In this document: in pieces, positions 9,146 to 17,844 of the stretch
Numbering within the stretch: position 1 is the stretch's first letter
Layout of the letters: the number at the start of each line of letters is the position of its first letter
Assembly (NCBI GenBank): GCA_965247615.1
Contig: OZ252022.1
Coordinates: forward strand, 2,093,395 to 2,157,394
Origin: Dehalococcoidia bacterium
Lineage (GTDB): Bacteria; Chloroflexota; Dehalococcoidia; Lucifugimonadales; UBA1127
Direction of reading: 5' to 3'
DNA length: 64,000 nt
Program-made: the position numbers and the translations under genes
The notes under the pieces: model-generated
The model's input: only the letters and a program-made list of their open reading frames with translations
Told to the model about the DNA's origin: nothing
The model's database searches: none

Positions 9146-9177
9146 AGGAGGCGCGGCCGCGCCTCCTTTCCCCTTTC
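9146..9177 (+). terminator. Intrinsic terminator candidate after the NicO gene
   Basis: Stem AGGAGGCGC / GCGCCTCCT around loop GGCC (9146-9167), followed by TTCCCCTTTC. Confidence 0.6.
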
Positions 9178-9186
9178 GCCGGGGTC

Positions 9187-9195
9187 TGGCATAAT
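9187..9195 (+). promoter_or_regulatory. Extended -10 box candidate (TGgCATAAT)
   Basis: TG-n-CATAAT lies 57 nt upstream of ATG 9252. No good -35 is seen. Confidence 0.35.
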
Positions 9196-9251
9196 GGGGA
9201 GCACTCGGCCATCGAGCCGCGCAAGTAAGCTGGGAGGCAGGAGGAAGCGAC

Positions 9252-10118
9252 ATGACAACGGCAGCCAAGAGCTACGACCGCACTCAGGAGGACATGAGCA
9301 ACATCGTGTCCATGGAGCACGTCAACGTCACCATCGGGCGCCAGGACTGGGCCACCCTCTTCTACATCGTCGGCATGGGCTTCACCCGGGACCCCTACAT
9401 GACGGTGGGACTGGAGAACATGTGGGTCAACCTGGGCGAGCAGCAGTTCCACCTGCCCACTCGCGGCCTCCAGGTCCTCCGCGGCCATATCGGCATCGTC
9501 GTCCGGGACCTGGAGGCCCTCAAGACCCGGTTCGAACGCGTTCGTGAAGGGCTGGCGGAGACCGCCTTCAGCTTCCAAGATGAGGACGGGTATCTCGCCG
9601 TCACCGGCCCTTGGGGCAACCGCTTCCGCTTCTACCAGGCAGACGGCAGCAGCCGGGGAATGTCCATGGGCATCCCCTACGTCGAGTTCACGGTCCCCCA
9701 GGGCGCCGCGCCGGGCATCGGCCGCTTCTACCAGCAGGTCATGCTCGCCCCCTCCTCCATGGTGCAGGAAGAGGAGGGCCCCGCCGCCAGGGTGAGCGTC
9801 GGCCGCAACCAGTCCCTCATCTTCCGGGAAACCGCCGCCGAAATCCCCGCCTACGACCAGCACCACATCGCCATCTACACCGCCGACTTCTCCACGCCCT
9901 ACAGCTGGATGAAGGAGCACGGCCTCATCACCGAGGAGAGCAACCAGCACATGTACCGCTTCGAGGACATCGTGGACCCGGATACGCACGAGAACCTCTT
10001 CACCATCGAGCACGAGGTCCGCAGCATGCGCCATCCCATGTTCATGCGTGACCTGGCCAACCGGAACCCGGAGCAGTCCCTCGGCGGCTACGTCCGCGGC
10101 GCCGACCGCCTCAGCTAG
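9252..10118 (+). CDS. Conserved hypothetical protein, possibly a two-domain VOC-like fold
   Basis: 288-aa ORF with a strong RBS (GGAGGCAGGAGGAAG). Protein-like composition (MEHVNVTIG..., HHIAIYTADF...). No motif I can assign with confidence. Confidence 0.7.
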   Translation: MTTAAKSYDRTQEDMSNIVSMEHVNVTIGRQDWATLFYIVGMGFTRDPYMTVGLENMWVNLGEQQFHLPTRGLQVLRGHIGIVVRDLEALKTRFERVREGLAETAFSFQDEDGYLAVTGPWGNRFRFYQADGSSRGMSMGIPYVEFTVPQGAAPGIGRFYQQVMLAPSSMVQEEEGPAARVSVGRNQSLIFRETAAEIPAYDQHHIAIYTADFSTPYSWMKEHGLITEESNQHMYRFEDIVDPDTHENLFTIEHEVRSMRHPMFMRDLANRNPEQSLGGYVRGADRLS

Positions 10119-10152
10119 CCGGCGCCTGCCTCACACGTCTCGAAACCACAGC

Positions 10153-10180
10153 GGGGCGATGCATGCATCGCCCCACTTTC
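10153..10180 (+). terminator. Intrinsic terminator candidate
   Basis: 22-nt perfect palindrome GGGGCGATGCATGCATCGCCCC (10153-10174) followed by ACTTTC, 35 nt after stop 10118. Confidence 0.6.
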
Positions 10181-10256
10181 GCCCCCTCAACCAGGCGGGC
10201 CGCGCGCTCAAGCCAAGTGCCCCCGGCCCCACACCGCCGCTGGCAGCACCCGTTTC

Positions 10257-10285
10257 TTGACACCGGCGCGCCGGCTGCCTACACT
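10257..10285 (+). promoter_or_regulatory. Sigma70-like promoter candidate for bicupin paralog 1
   Basis: TTGACA (10257-10262), 17-nt spacer, TACACT (10280-10285). The spacer holds the perfect 12-bp palindrome CCGGCGCGCCGG (10263-10274). Confidence 0.55.
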
Positions 10286-10322
10286 CCACTCAAACTCGCT
10301 TGAATGCATAGAGGAGGAGCTC

Positions 10323-11465
10323 ATGGCCACCTCGCCAGTTAACGCGACACCGGTCAACCAACCCCTGGACACCTACCATAAGATCGACTCCTACATGGGG
10401 TTCGCCAAGAGCGAGGGCATCCCCATCTACGACGTGTACAGCGTGGACTGCATCACCGTTGAGCTGCAGCCCTGGGACCGCCTGGGGGGCAACGGCGCCT
10501 ACGTGAACCTGGCTGGCCGCGGCGACCTCTGCAACACCTACGTCGCCGAGATCCTGCCCGGCGGTCAACTGAACCCGGAGCGCCACATGCACGACGAGCT
10601 CATCCACGTCGTCTCCGGCCGCGGCGCCACCACCATCGAGCTCCCCGGCGGCGCCAAGCACACCTTCGAGTGGGGCGCGGGCTCCCTCTTCGGCATTCCC
10701 CTCAACGCCAAGCACCAGCACTTCAACGGCTCCGGGTCCGAACCGGCCCGCTTCGCCGCCATCACCAACCTCCCCATCTACCTCAACCTCACCCACGAGG
10801 TCGAATTCATCTTCAACAACGACTACGAATTCAAGGGCCGCGCCTCCGATGAGCGCCACTTCCGCGGCGAGGGCGACTTCTGGCCCGTGAAACCGGGCCG
10901 GCATCAGTGGGTCACCAACTTCGTCCCGAGCCTCTACGACTTCGAGCTTCCGCCATGGCCCGAGCGCGGCGCCGGCGGCAACAACGTCACCTTCGTCATC
11001 GCCGACAGCTCCATCCAGGGCCACATCTCGGAGTTCCCCCAGGGCACCTACAAGAAGGCCCACGCCCACAACGCCGGCGCCCATATCTGGTGCGCAGGCG
11101 GCCACGGTTACAGCCTCCTATGGCAGGAAGGCGAAAACCCCGTCGACACCGTGCGCGTGGACTGGAAGCCCGGTGTCATGTACGCGCCCCCGGACGGCCC
11201 CACCTACCACCAGCACTTCAACACCGCGGACAGACCCTCCCGCTACCTCGCCCTCTACCCCACAGGCTCCCGCTACGCCGTCCTCCCAAGCTGGCTCAAG
11301 TTCTCCGACGGCGCCGACGTCTCGCAGAAGCAGGGCGGCATTCAGGTGGAGTACGAGGACGAGGACCCCCGCATTCTTGAGCTCTTCGAGGAGGAGTGCC
11401 GCAAGACCGGCAACAGCTCCATCATGCGCGACTACCTCCGGGAGAAGCACGCCATAGGTCGCTAG
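10323..11465 (+). CDS. Bicupin protein, gentisate-1,2-dioxygenase-like architecture (paralog 1)
   Basis: ATG 10323 follows GAGGAGGAG. Cupin metal motif ...PERHMHDELIHVVSGRGATTIE...PLNAKHQHFN and a second cupin ...HAHNAGAHIWC...PTYHQHFN. About 70% identical by eye to 14861..15979. Confidence 0.8.
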   Translation: MATSPVNATPVNQPLDTYHKIDSYMGFAKSEGIPIYDVYSVDCITVELQPWDRLGGNGAYVNLAGRGDLCNTYVAEILPGGQLNPERHMHDELIHVVSGRGATTIELPGGAKHTFEWGAGSLFGIPLNAKHQHFNGSGSEPARFAAITNLPIYLNLTHEVEFIFNNDYEFKGRASDERHFRGEGDFWPVKPGRHQWVTNFVPSLYDFELPPWPERGAGGNNVTFVIADSSIQGHISEFPQGTYKKAHAHNAGAHIWCAGGHGYSLLWQEGENPVDTVRVDWKPGVMYAPPDGPTYHQHFNTADRPSRYLALYPTGSRYAVLPSWLKFSDGADVSQKQGGIQVEYEDEDPRILELFEEECRKTGNSSIMRDYLREKHAIGR

Positions 11466-11651
11466 CTCCTCCCAGCGCCCCTGCCCCCCATACGGGAGAG
11501 GGGGCTGAGCCGAAAAGGGGCGGACGCTGCCATGAGCGCGCCGCCTCAGTCCATGACGGGCGCGGATGGGGCCGGACGTGGTCCGCAGCCGCCATCACAC
11601 TGAGGATTCGCCCCAAGACCGCTGGCCGCCCGGCACGTGGGAGCAATCGTC

Positions 11652-12701
11652 ATGGACCATAACCGGACCGTCCGCGCCGCAGCCGTCCAGCTCGCCCCCG
11701 TCCTCTTCGACCGCGAAGCCACGACCCGGAAGGTCATCGACGCTATCGCCGAGGCCGGACGCCAGGGCGCGCAGCTCTTGGTCTTCCCAGAGACCATCAT
11801 TCCCAACTACCCCTACTTCGCCAACTGGCAGCCGCCCGCCATAATCGCGGAGCAGCACATGCGGCTCTGGGAGCAGTCGGTCGACGTCCCCGGCCCGGTC
11901 ACCGATGCCGTGGGCAGGGCCGCCGGGAGCGCGGCCGTCGTCGTGGTCCTGGGCGTCAACGAGCGCGACGGCGGCAGCCTGTTCAACACCCAGCTCGTCT
12001 TCGACGCCGACGGCACCCTGCTGGCCAAGCGCCGCAAGCTCATGCCCACCTACCACGAGCGCATGATCTGGGGCTGGGGCGATGGCTCAGACCTGAAGGT
12101 GGTTGAGACAGCGGTGGGCCGCGTCGGGCCCCTCATCTGCTGGGAGCACTACATGCCCCTCTCCCGCTTCGCCCTCATGGCCCAGCGAGAAGAGATCCAC
12201 TGCTCCCACTTCCCCGGCGCTATCGGCCGCCCCGGCTTCGCCGACGAGGTCGACGCCACCATCCGCCATCACGCCATGGAGTCGGGCTGCTTCGTCGTCA
12301 ACGCCACCGGCTGCCTCACGCCGGAGCAGGTCGCCCAGCTCTGCCCGGACCCCAACCTCAGAGAGCGCCTGGCCACCGACGGCCAGCTCACCGCCATCGT
12401 CGGCCCGGACGGTCGCCACGTCACACAGCCTCTGCGGGAAGGCGAGGGGATGGTCGTAGCCGACCTGGATATGAGCGCCATCCAGCGCCGCAAGCTTCGC
12501 ATGGACTCTGCCGGCCACTACGCCCGCCCGGACGTCACCCGCCTGTGGCTGGACCGTCAGCCACGCCGCCTTGTAGAGGGGCCCAGCGACGGCGCGACAG
12601 CCCCCGGGGAATCGAGCCTGGCTGCCGATGGCACAGAGGCGGCGCGGGCATCCCGCATCGCGGAGCTGGAGGGAGAGCTGCGACGGCTTAGGGGTGCGTG
12701 A
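11652..12701 (+). CDS. Nitrilase / carbon-nitrogen hydrolase family protein
   Basis: VRAAAVQLAPVLFD..., LLVFPETIIPNYPYF (Glu), RKLMPT (Lys), ICWEHYMP (Cys) catalytic triad context. ATG 11652 follows GGGAG. Confidence 0.9.
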   Translation: MDHNRTVRAAAVQLAPVLFDREATTRKVIDAIAEAGRQGAQLLVFPETIIPNYPYFANWQPPAIIAEQHMRLWEQSVDVPGPVTDAVGRAAGSAAVVVVLGVNERDGGSLFNTQLVFDADGTLLAKRRKLMPTYHERMIWGWGDGSDLKVVETAVGRVGPLICWEHYMPLSRFALMAQREEIHCSHFPGAIGRPGFADEVDATIRHHAMESGCFVVNATGCLTPEQVAQLCPDPNLRERLATDGQLTAIVGPDGRHVTQPLREGEGMVVADLDMSAIQRRKLRMDSAGHYARPDVTRLWLDRQPRRLVEGPSDGATAPGESSLAADGTEAARASRIAELEGELRRLRGA

Positions 12702-12743
12702 CCCCTCCGCTCTCCCTCCGGACCCCGTCTCGTCCGCGTGACC

Positions 12744-14024
12744 CTAGTCGGGTTCGGTGCTGAGTATCGCCCAGCTCCCGCTCGTGGGCATGGGCCCGCC
12801 GGCCAGCGCCGTCTCCGCCTTTACGTTTACTTGGCGCGCGCCCGCCCGGCCCTGCAGCTGCTGAACACAATCGGTCCAGTGCCAGCACCGGGAACGGCCG
12901 TTCCCGTTGTTCCCGCCACTGGAGATCAGCGGATGGGGCCCTTCGACGGTTATGTCGCCCGCGTAGAAGTCGTGGGCCTCTCCCCGCTTCACGCCGTGCC
13001 AGCCGAAGCCCTCCAGGTAGTACTGCGTGAAGGCGGTGAATCCGTCGTAGGGGTTGAAGATGTCGATGTCACTGGCGTTCAGCCCCGAACCCTCGTAGAG
13101 CTTCCGGGCGACCGAGTCGCAGGACTCCTCCACCTCGTCTAGCGTCTGGGCGCTGCTCCGCACCGGGCCCGTCTGCGTCGCGTGGGCGAGGAAATAGACC
13201 GGCTTCTGCTTCATGTCCTTCGCCCGCTCCGCCGTCGTGACCACGTAGGCGGCGACGGCCTGGATCGGCATGTCGCAGTCGTGCATGCATATGGGCTCAT
13301 TGACCCACCGTGAGCTCAGGTACTCCTCGACCGTGAGGGGCTGAGGCCGCTTCTGCGCGTAGAACCCCTCGGGAAACAGCAGGCCGTTCCTGCGCAGGTT
13401 GACCACCAGGGGCGCCATCCGGTCGTGGTTGGTGCCGTACTTCTGGCAATACTGGTTGAAGTTGTAGCCCTGCTGGGCCATTCCCCAGAAGCCCCAGACG
13501 TCGGTCCACTGCGCCGGCCCGGACACCTTGTTGGACGGCTTCTGCGCGTACCTGCCCGGCATGTTGCCCACGGCCCGCACCACAAGCATGGTGCTCGCCA
13601 GGCCATCGCCTATGGACTGGGCCGCGGCGCACATCAGCGGCGATATGTCGCCCGCGTGTACGCTGTACCGGATGTTCTTCAGCCCCATCTGGTTGATCAT
13701 CCAGTCTGCGCTCACCCCGGACAGACCGTCCTCAGAGTCGTAGGGCGGCGGAAGGTACTCGCGCGGCGCCCATTTCGACCCCATCCCGTCTGGCCCGGCG
13801 GCCACGCTGTCCACGTCATCCGCCGTGATCCCCGCATCGTCCAGGGCCCGCTGCGCCGCGATAAGGGCGTAGGCGCCCAGGCTCGTCTCCGGGTTTCCGT
13901 CCCAGGCGCGTTCGGCCGGAGAATGGCCAACGCCGACGATGGCCACCTTCCCCCGGTGCTCCCAAACCCCCAGTCCCTCCTTGCCGCGGAACATTGATTC
14001 TGGTGCCATTTGAGTCGCTGCCAT
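12744..14024 (-). CDS. Thiolase-like (SCP-x / non-specific lipid-transfer type) protein
   Basis: KVAIVGVGHSP... thiolase-fold pattern. It sits immediately downstream of a DUF35 gene, the characteristic pairing. ATG 14024 follows GAGGGAG; the ORF track starts at 14030. Confidence 0.8.
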   Translation of the reverse strand: MAATQMAPESMFRGKEGLGVWEHRGKVAIVGVGHSPAERAWDGNPETSLGAYALIAAQRALDDAGITADDVDSVAAGPDGMGSKWAPREYLPPPYDSEDGLSGVSADWMINQMGLKNIRYSVHAGDISPLMCAAAQSIGDGLASTMLVVRAVGNMPGRYAQKPSNKVSGPAQWTDVWGFWGMAQQGYNFNQYCQKYGTNHDRMAPLVVNLRRNGLLFPEGFYAQKRPQPLTVEEYLSSRWVNEPICMHDCDMPIQAVAAYVVTTAERAKDMKQKPVYFLAHATQTGPVRSSAQTLDEVEESCDSVARKLYEGSGLNASDIDIFNPYDGFTAFTQYYLEGFGWHGVKRGEAHDFYAGDITVEGPHPLISSGGNNGNGRSRCWHWTDCVQQLQGRAGARQVNVKAETALAGGPMPTSGSWAILSTEPD

Positions 14025-14073
14025 GCTCACTCCCTCTCTGCTTGAGCTATCCCGTCAATTCGGCTGGGTCACC

Positions 14074-14487
14074 TCAGACGACAACTCGCCACTCAGGGAC
14101 CTTCTGCCCCGTCTCTGGCGTCACTTCAAACTCCAACTGCACGTCTGCTCCCACCGGCACCTCGCCCACCGGCGTCCCCGGCAGGTGGGAGAACATCTTG
14201 ATCTCCGGATTGTCAGCCAGCTCGATGATCACCAGGTTGAACGGCTGCTCCTCCTTCAGGGCCACAATCCGAGAGTCGTGCTGCACGCAGTACCCGTTGA
14301 TCCTGCCGCGCCCGCTCACCGGCCGCCACTCCAGATGGTCCGCGGAGCCGCACTTACCGCACGTCCCCCGTGGCGGGTGCTGCATCCTGTCGCACTCCGC
14401 ACAGTTCTGCACAACAAGCCGGTCCTCGTTGCACGCGTCCCAAAAGGGCTTGCTCAGTTCATCGGGCACTGGGGATGGCTTCGGCAA
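14074..14487 (-). CDS. DUF35 OB-fold/zinc-ribbon protein (thiolase partner)
   Basis: Zinc ribbon CAECDRMQHPPRGTCGKCGS followed by an OB-fold region. The ORF track start 14553 is itself a TTG without an RBS. TTG 14487 lies 6 nt after GGAGG and gives a typical ~137-aa DUF35 size. Confidence 0.75.
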   Translation of the reverse strand: MPKPSPVPDELSKPFWDACNEDRLVVQNCAECDRMQHPPRGTCGKCGSADHLEWRPVSGRGRINGYCVQHDSRIVALKEEQPFNLVIIELADNPEIKMFSHLPGTPVGEVPVGADVQLEFEVTPETGQKVPEWRVVV

Positions 14488-14791
14488 TTCTCTCCTCCAT
14501 GGCGAATACTCAAGAGTATAGCAACGTTGATTCCAGATCGGTTTCCAGCCCAAGGGGCCTGCCGCCGGTCGCGCCCATCCCGCGCCGCCTCCGCCGCTGG
14601 CCTGCAGTTGGGCAGGCTGATTCTCGCTTATGGACTCGACGGCGTCAACCCGTGCCCCCCACTGTGTGCCCGGCCATCCCGTGACGGCTCCCCCAGGATG
14701 GAGGGCCCCTGTGTCCAGGGCCCATCACCGGGATGCGCCTCCTCAGGCGCTCGCGCGGCGGGCGGCCCGGGCCCCAGCCGGCCGCCGGCGA

Positions 14792-14820
14792 TTGACACGT
14801 CCCGGCACGCACCATACCAT
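14792..14820 (+). promoter_or_regulatory. Sigma70-like promoter candidate for bicupin paralog 2
   Basis: TTGACA (14792-14797), 17-nt spacer, TACCAT (14815-14820). GACACGTCCC is repeated at 14794-14803 and 14825-14834, with a third ACACGT at 14843-14848. Confidence 0.5.
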
Positions 14821-14860
14821 GCAAGACACGTCCCCCGAATCCACACGTGAGGCTAATCAC

Positions 14861-15979
14861 ATGATGACCCAGAGCAATGGCAGCCAGCACCCCTACTACG
14901 GCATCTTCCCCTACTTCGACTTCCTCAAGACCGAGGGCGTCCCCGTGATCGACGCCTACAGCGTGGACTGCCACACGGTCCCAGTGGAACCCTGGGAACG
15001 CCTCGGCGGGCGCGGGGCCTACGTCCACCTCGCCGGCCGCTCCGACTACCTCTCCGCCTACGTGGTGGAGATTGAGCCCGGCGGTCAGCTCAAGCCCGAA
15101 CAGCACATGCACGACGAGCTCATGCACGTGGTCTCGGGCCGGGGCGCCACGACCATCGAGCTCCCCAACGGGAAGACGCACACCTTCGAGTGGGGCCCCT
15201 CCTCCATCTTCGGCATCCCCCTCAACGCCAAACACCAGATCTTCAACGGCTCCGGCACTGAGCCCGCACGCCTCGCCGCCGTCACCGACCTCCCCATCAT
15301 CCTCAACATCTTCCACAACCCCGCCTTCATCTACGACAACCCCTACCAGTTCCCCGAACGCGCCGATGTCGAGCGCTACTTCCGCGGCGAGGGCGAGTTC
15401 CGGGAGGTCAAGGCCGGCCGCCACCAGTGGGAGACCAACTTCGTCCCCGAGCTCATCAACTTCGAGCTCCCCATCTGGCACGAGCGCGGCGCCAGCGGCA
15501 ACAACATCCAGTTCCTCCTCGCCGACAGCTCCATGCACTGCCACATCTCGGAGTTCCAGTCCGGCACGTACAAGAAGGCGCACGCCCACAATGCCGGGGC
15601 CCACATCTGGTGCGTCACGGGTGAGGGCTACTCGTTGCTCTGGAAGGAAGGCGACAACCCCGTCGACACGGTGCGCGTGGACTGGAAGCCCGGCACCCTC
15701 TACGCCCCGCCGGACGGCCCCACCTACCACCAGCACTTCAACGTCTCCAGGGAGCCCTCGCGCTACCTCGTCTTCGACTTCGGCGGCGCCCGCTACCCCG
15801 TCCTCGAGAGCAAGTTCAAGGGCTACGAACGCATGGACCAGTCCCAGAAGCAGGGCGGCATGCAGGTCGAGTACGAGGACGAAGACCCCCGCATCCTGGA
15901 GCTCTTCGAGCACGAGGTCGCCGAGCGCGGCATCGACTCCAAGATGCGCCAGTTTGTCGGACAGCGCGCGACGGCCTAG
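14861..15979 (+). CDS. Bicupin protein, gentisate-1,2-dioxygenase-like architecture (paralog 2)
   Basis: ATG 14861 (MMTQSNGSQHPYYG...) inside ORF 14630..15979. Same motifs as paralog 1 (QHMHDELMHVVSGRGATTIE, HAHNAGAHIWC, PTYHQHFN). Confidence 0.8.
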   Translation: MMTQSNGSQHPYYGIFPYFDFLKTEGVPVIDAYSVDCHTVPVEPWERLGGRGAYVHLAGRSDYLSAYVVEIEPGGQLKPEQHMHDELMHVVSGRGATTIELPNGKTHTFEWGPSSIFGIPLNAKHQIFNGSGTEPARLAAVTDLPIILNIFHNPAFIYDNPYQFPERADVERYFRGEGEFREVKAGRHQWETNFVPELINFELPIWHERGASGNNIQFLLADSSMHCHISEFQSGTYKKAHAHNAGAHIWCVTGEGYSLLWKEGDNPVDTVRVDWKPGTLYAPPDGPTYHQHFNVSREPSRYLVFDFGGARYPVLESKFKGYERMDQSQKQGGMQVEYEDEDPRILELFEHEVAERGIDSKMRQFVGQRATA

Positions 15980-16009
15980 CCCGGGCTGGCGTCGTCGCGC
16001 AGCGATCCC

Positions 16010-17218
16010 CTACCCCTTCAGCCTCGGGCACAACCGCAGGGCGTTCTCCCCCAGGATCTTGCGCTTGGCGCTGTCCGTCAGGCCCGGCCACTCCACCACC
16101 TGCTGCACCGCCTCCGGCCACGCCGTGTCCCCGTGCGGCCAGTCCGTCGCGAACAGCAGCACGTCCTCGCCCACGCACTGCACCACCGACTCCAGCGTGC
16201 GCTCCCACGTGTCGATGCCGTGGAAGTAGCGCCCCTCCTTCACCACGTCGCTGGGCATTCTGCGCAGCCACGGCACGTGGCCCGGCGACATCACGTAGTG
16301 CGCGTCGAAACGGTCCAGGATGGCCGGCAGCCAGCCCGCCGCCGTCTCCACGATGCCCACCCTCAGCCTGGGAAACCGCTCCAGCACGCCCCCGCCGATG
16401 ATGGCGCCCATGGCCGCCATGCCCGCCCAGGGGTTGCACAGGCCGTGTTGCAGGAACCACGCCCCCTGCAGGTCGAAGGTGCCCGGCCCGTAGGGCGGCC
16501 GAGCCGTGCCCCCGTGGGCCAGGATCGGCAGCTCCAGGTCCTGCGCCGCGGCATAGATGGGGTCCAGCCGCTGGTCGTCCAGGAGCATGTTGTCGGGGCC
16601 CTGCGGAGAAAAGTAGATGCCCACCATGTTGGGGTCCGCCTCCGCCCAGTGCCGGACCTCCTCCACCGCGGACCGGGCGTCCCGCATGTTGGCCACCAGT
16701 GTCCACTTGAGCCGGTCCGGCGCCTGCGAGCAGAAATCGCTCACCCAGCGGTGGTACGCCCGGTACAGCCCGTTCTCAAAGGCAGCGTCCCGCAGCGCGC
16801 AGTAGCTCGATACATGCGTGGGATAGAGCACGTCCACGTCGACGTGCGACGCGTCCATGTCCTCGATTCTCACCGCCGCGTCCCAGCTCGCCTCCCTGCG
16901 AATCATGGGCAACTCGCCCCGATCCGGCCGCCCAAAGTTGGCGCGTCCGCTCGTGGGGTGCAGGATGAACTCCCTCCCCACCAGGCCGAAGGTGTCCGCG
17001 TCCCCCAGCGCGTTGTCAGACAACACCGGCGCCACCACCGCCCCCCTGCTGGACGCGATGGAACCCCCGCCACCCTTGCGTATGTTCTCCTCGATTGCCC
17101 GCTTGAAACGATCGAACTTCTCCCGGTGCTCCGGGTCCATGTAGTCCCCGTACATCTCGTGCGGGCGCTCCATGATGTGCGAGTCCATGTCGATGACCGT
17201 CCACCCGTTCCACGCCAT
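16010..17218 (-). CDS. Amidohydrolase-2 (ACMSD-like TIM-barrel metal hydrolase/decarboxylase) family protein
   Basis: VIDMDSHIME... N-terminal His pair context, ...LAHGG..., ...FATDWPHGD near the C-terminus. ATG 17218 follows AGGAGGAG. Confidence 0.85.
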   Translation of the reverse strand: MAWNGWTVIDMDSHIMERPHEMYGDYMDPEHREKFDRFKRAIEENIRKGGGGSIASSRGAVVAPVLSDNALGDADTFGLVGREFILHPTSGRANFGRPDRGELPMIRREASWDAAVRIEDMDASHVDVDVLYPTHVSSYCALRDAAFENGLYRAYHRWVSDFCSQAPDRLKWTLVANMRDARSAVEEVRHWAEADPNMVGIYFSPQGPDNMLLDDQRLDPIYAAAQDLELPILAHGGTARPPYGPGTFDLQGAWFLQHGLCNPWAGMAAMGAIIGGGVLERFPRLRVGIVETAAGWLPAILDRFDAHYVMSPGHVPWLRRMPSDVVKEGRYFHGIDTWERTLESVVQCVGEDVLLFATDWPHGDTAWPEAVQQVVEWPGLTDSAKRKILGENALRLCPRLKG

Positions 17219-17399
17219 GTCTCCTCCTGCACGCATTCAGCAAGAATTGCCGCCGTGACCCCGGGGTCCCATCGTTGCCTGTTGGCGGGACCCCTCCCCC
17301 TCATCCCAGGACGGCCTGTCTCCACGGCGGCGACTATAGACCCTCCGAGAAACAGCCGTCAACCAATTCCAGCGCGCCGCATTTGTGTTTTTTTTCACC

Positions 17400-17428
17400 T
17401 TGCTACCCTTCGGGCCCTGTGCTATAGT
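17400..17428 (+). promoter_or_regulatory. Sigma70-like promoter candidate for the nuo operon (extended -10)
   Basis: TTGCTA (17400-17405), 17-nt spacer, TGcTATAGT (-10 at 17423-17428), 31 nt upstream of the nuoA ATG. Confidence 0.55.
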
Positions 17429-17458
17429 GTGGGCAATCTTCGAGAGGGCTTCGCCGCG

Positions 17459-17842
17459 ATGCTGGACGACTATTACCGCCAGTACGGGCTCATACTCATC
17501 CTCTCTGCTGTGGCTGTGGTCATCCCCACGAGCATGCTCCTCCTCTCGTGGCTCGCTCAGTTCGTCCGCATCCGCCCCCGCAAGCCCAGCCTCGTCAAGT
17601 CGGAGATCTACGAGTGCGGCATGGAGACCATTGGCGGCAGATGGGTCCAATTCAACTTCCGCTACTACCTCTACGCCCTGCTCTTCCTCGTCTTTGACGT
17701 CACCGTCATCTTCATATACCCCTGGGCCATCCAGGTCAGGTCCCTAGGCCTCTTTGCATTCCTGGAGATCACCGCGTTCATCCTCATCCTGGCCCTGGGT
17801 TGGGCCTACGCCTGGCGCAAGGGCGCCCTGGAGTGGAAGTAG
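17459..17842 (+). CDS. nuoA: NADH-quinone oxidoreductase subunit A
   Basis: 127 aa, three TM segments, ...YECGME...[17 protein letters not shown]...IYPWA. First gene of the operon. Confidence 0.93.
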   Translation: MLDDYYRQYGLILILSAVAVVIPTSMLLLSWLAQFVRIRPRKPSLVKSEIYECGMETIGGRWVQFNFRYYLYALLFLVFDVTVIFIYPWAIQVRSLGLFAFLEITAFILILALGWAYAWRKGALEWK

Positions 17843-17844
17843 CC

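Noticed and set aside
14645-15913. 422-aa minus-strand ORF. Similar long shadows occur at 20022..21242(-), 45722..47314(-), 61756..63354(-), 40101..41741(+), 48105..49352(+), 5498..6586(+) and 6793..7827(+).
   Set aside because: Each is antisense to a gene with clear family motifs (bicupin, nuoH, XDH, Hdr-like, recJ, amidohydrolase, NHL, panE-like). Each has Arg/Gly/Pro/Ala-dominated composition without motifs. They are GC-content artefacts.
16133-17458. Upstream 442 codons of the 569-aa plus-strand ORF 16133..17842
   Set aside because: Only the last 127 codons (from ATG 17459, with its own promoter and RBS) are NuoA. The upstream part is antisense to the amidohydrolase gene and crosses the nuo promoter region.
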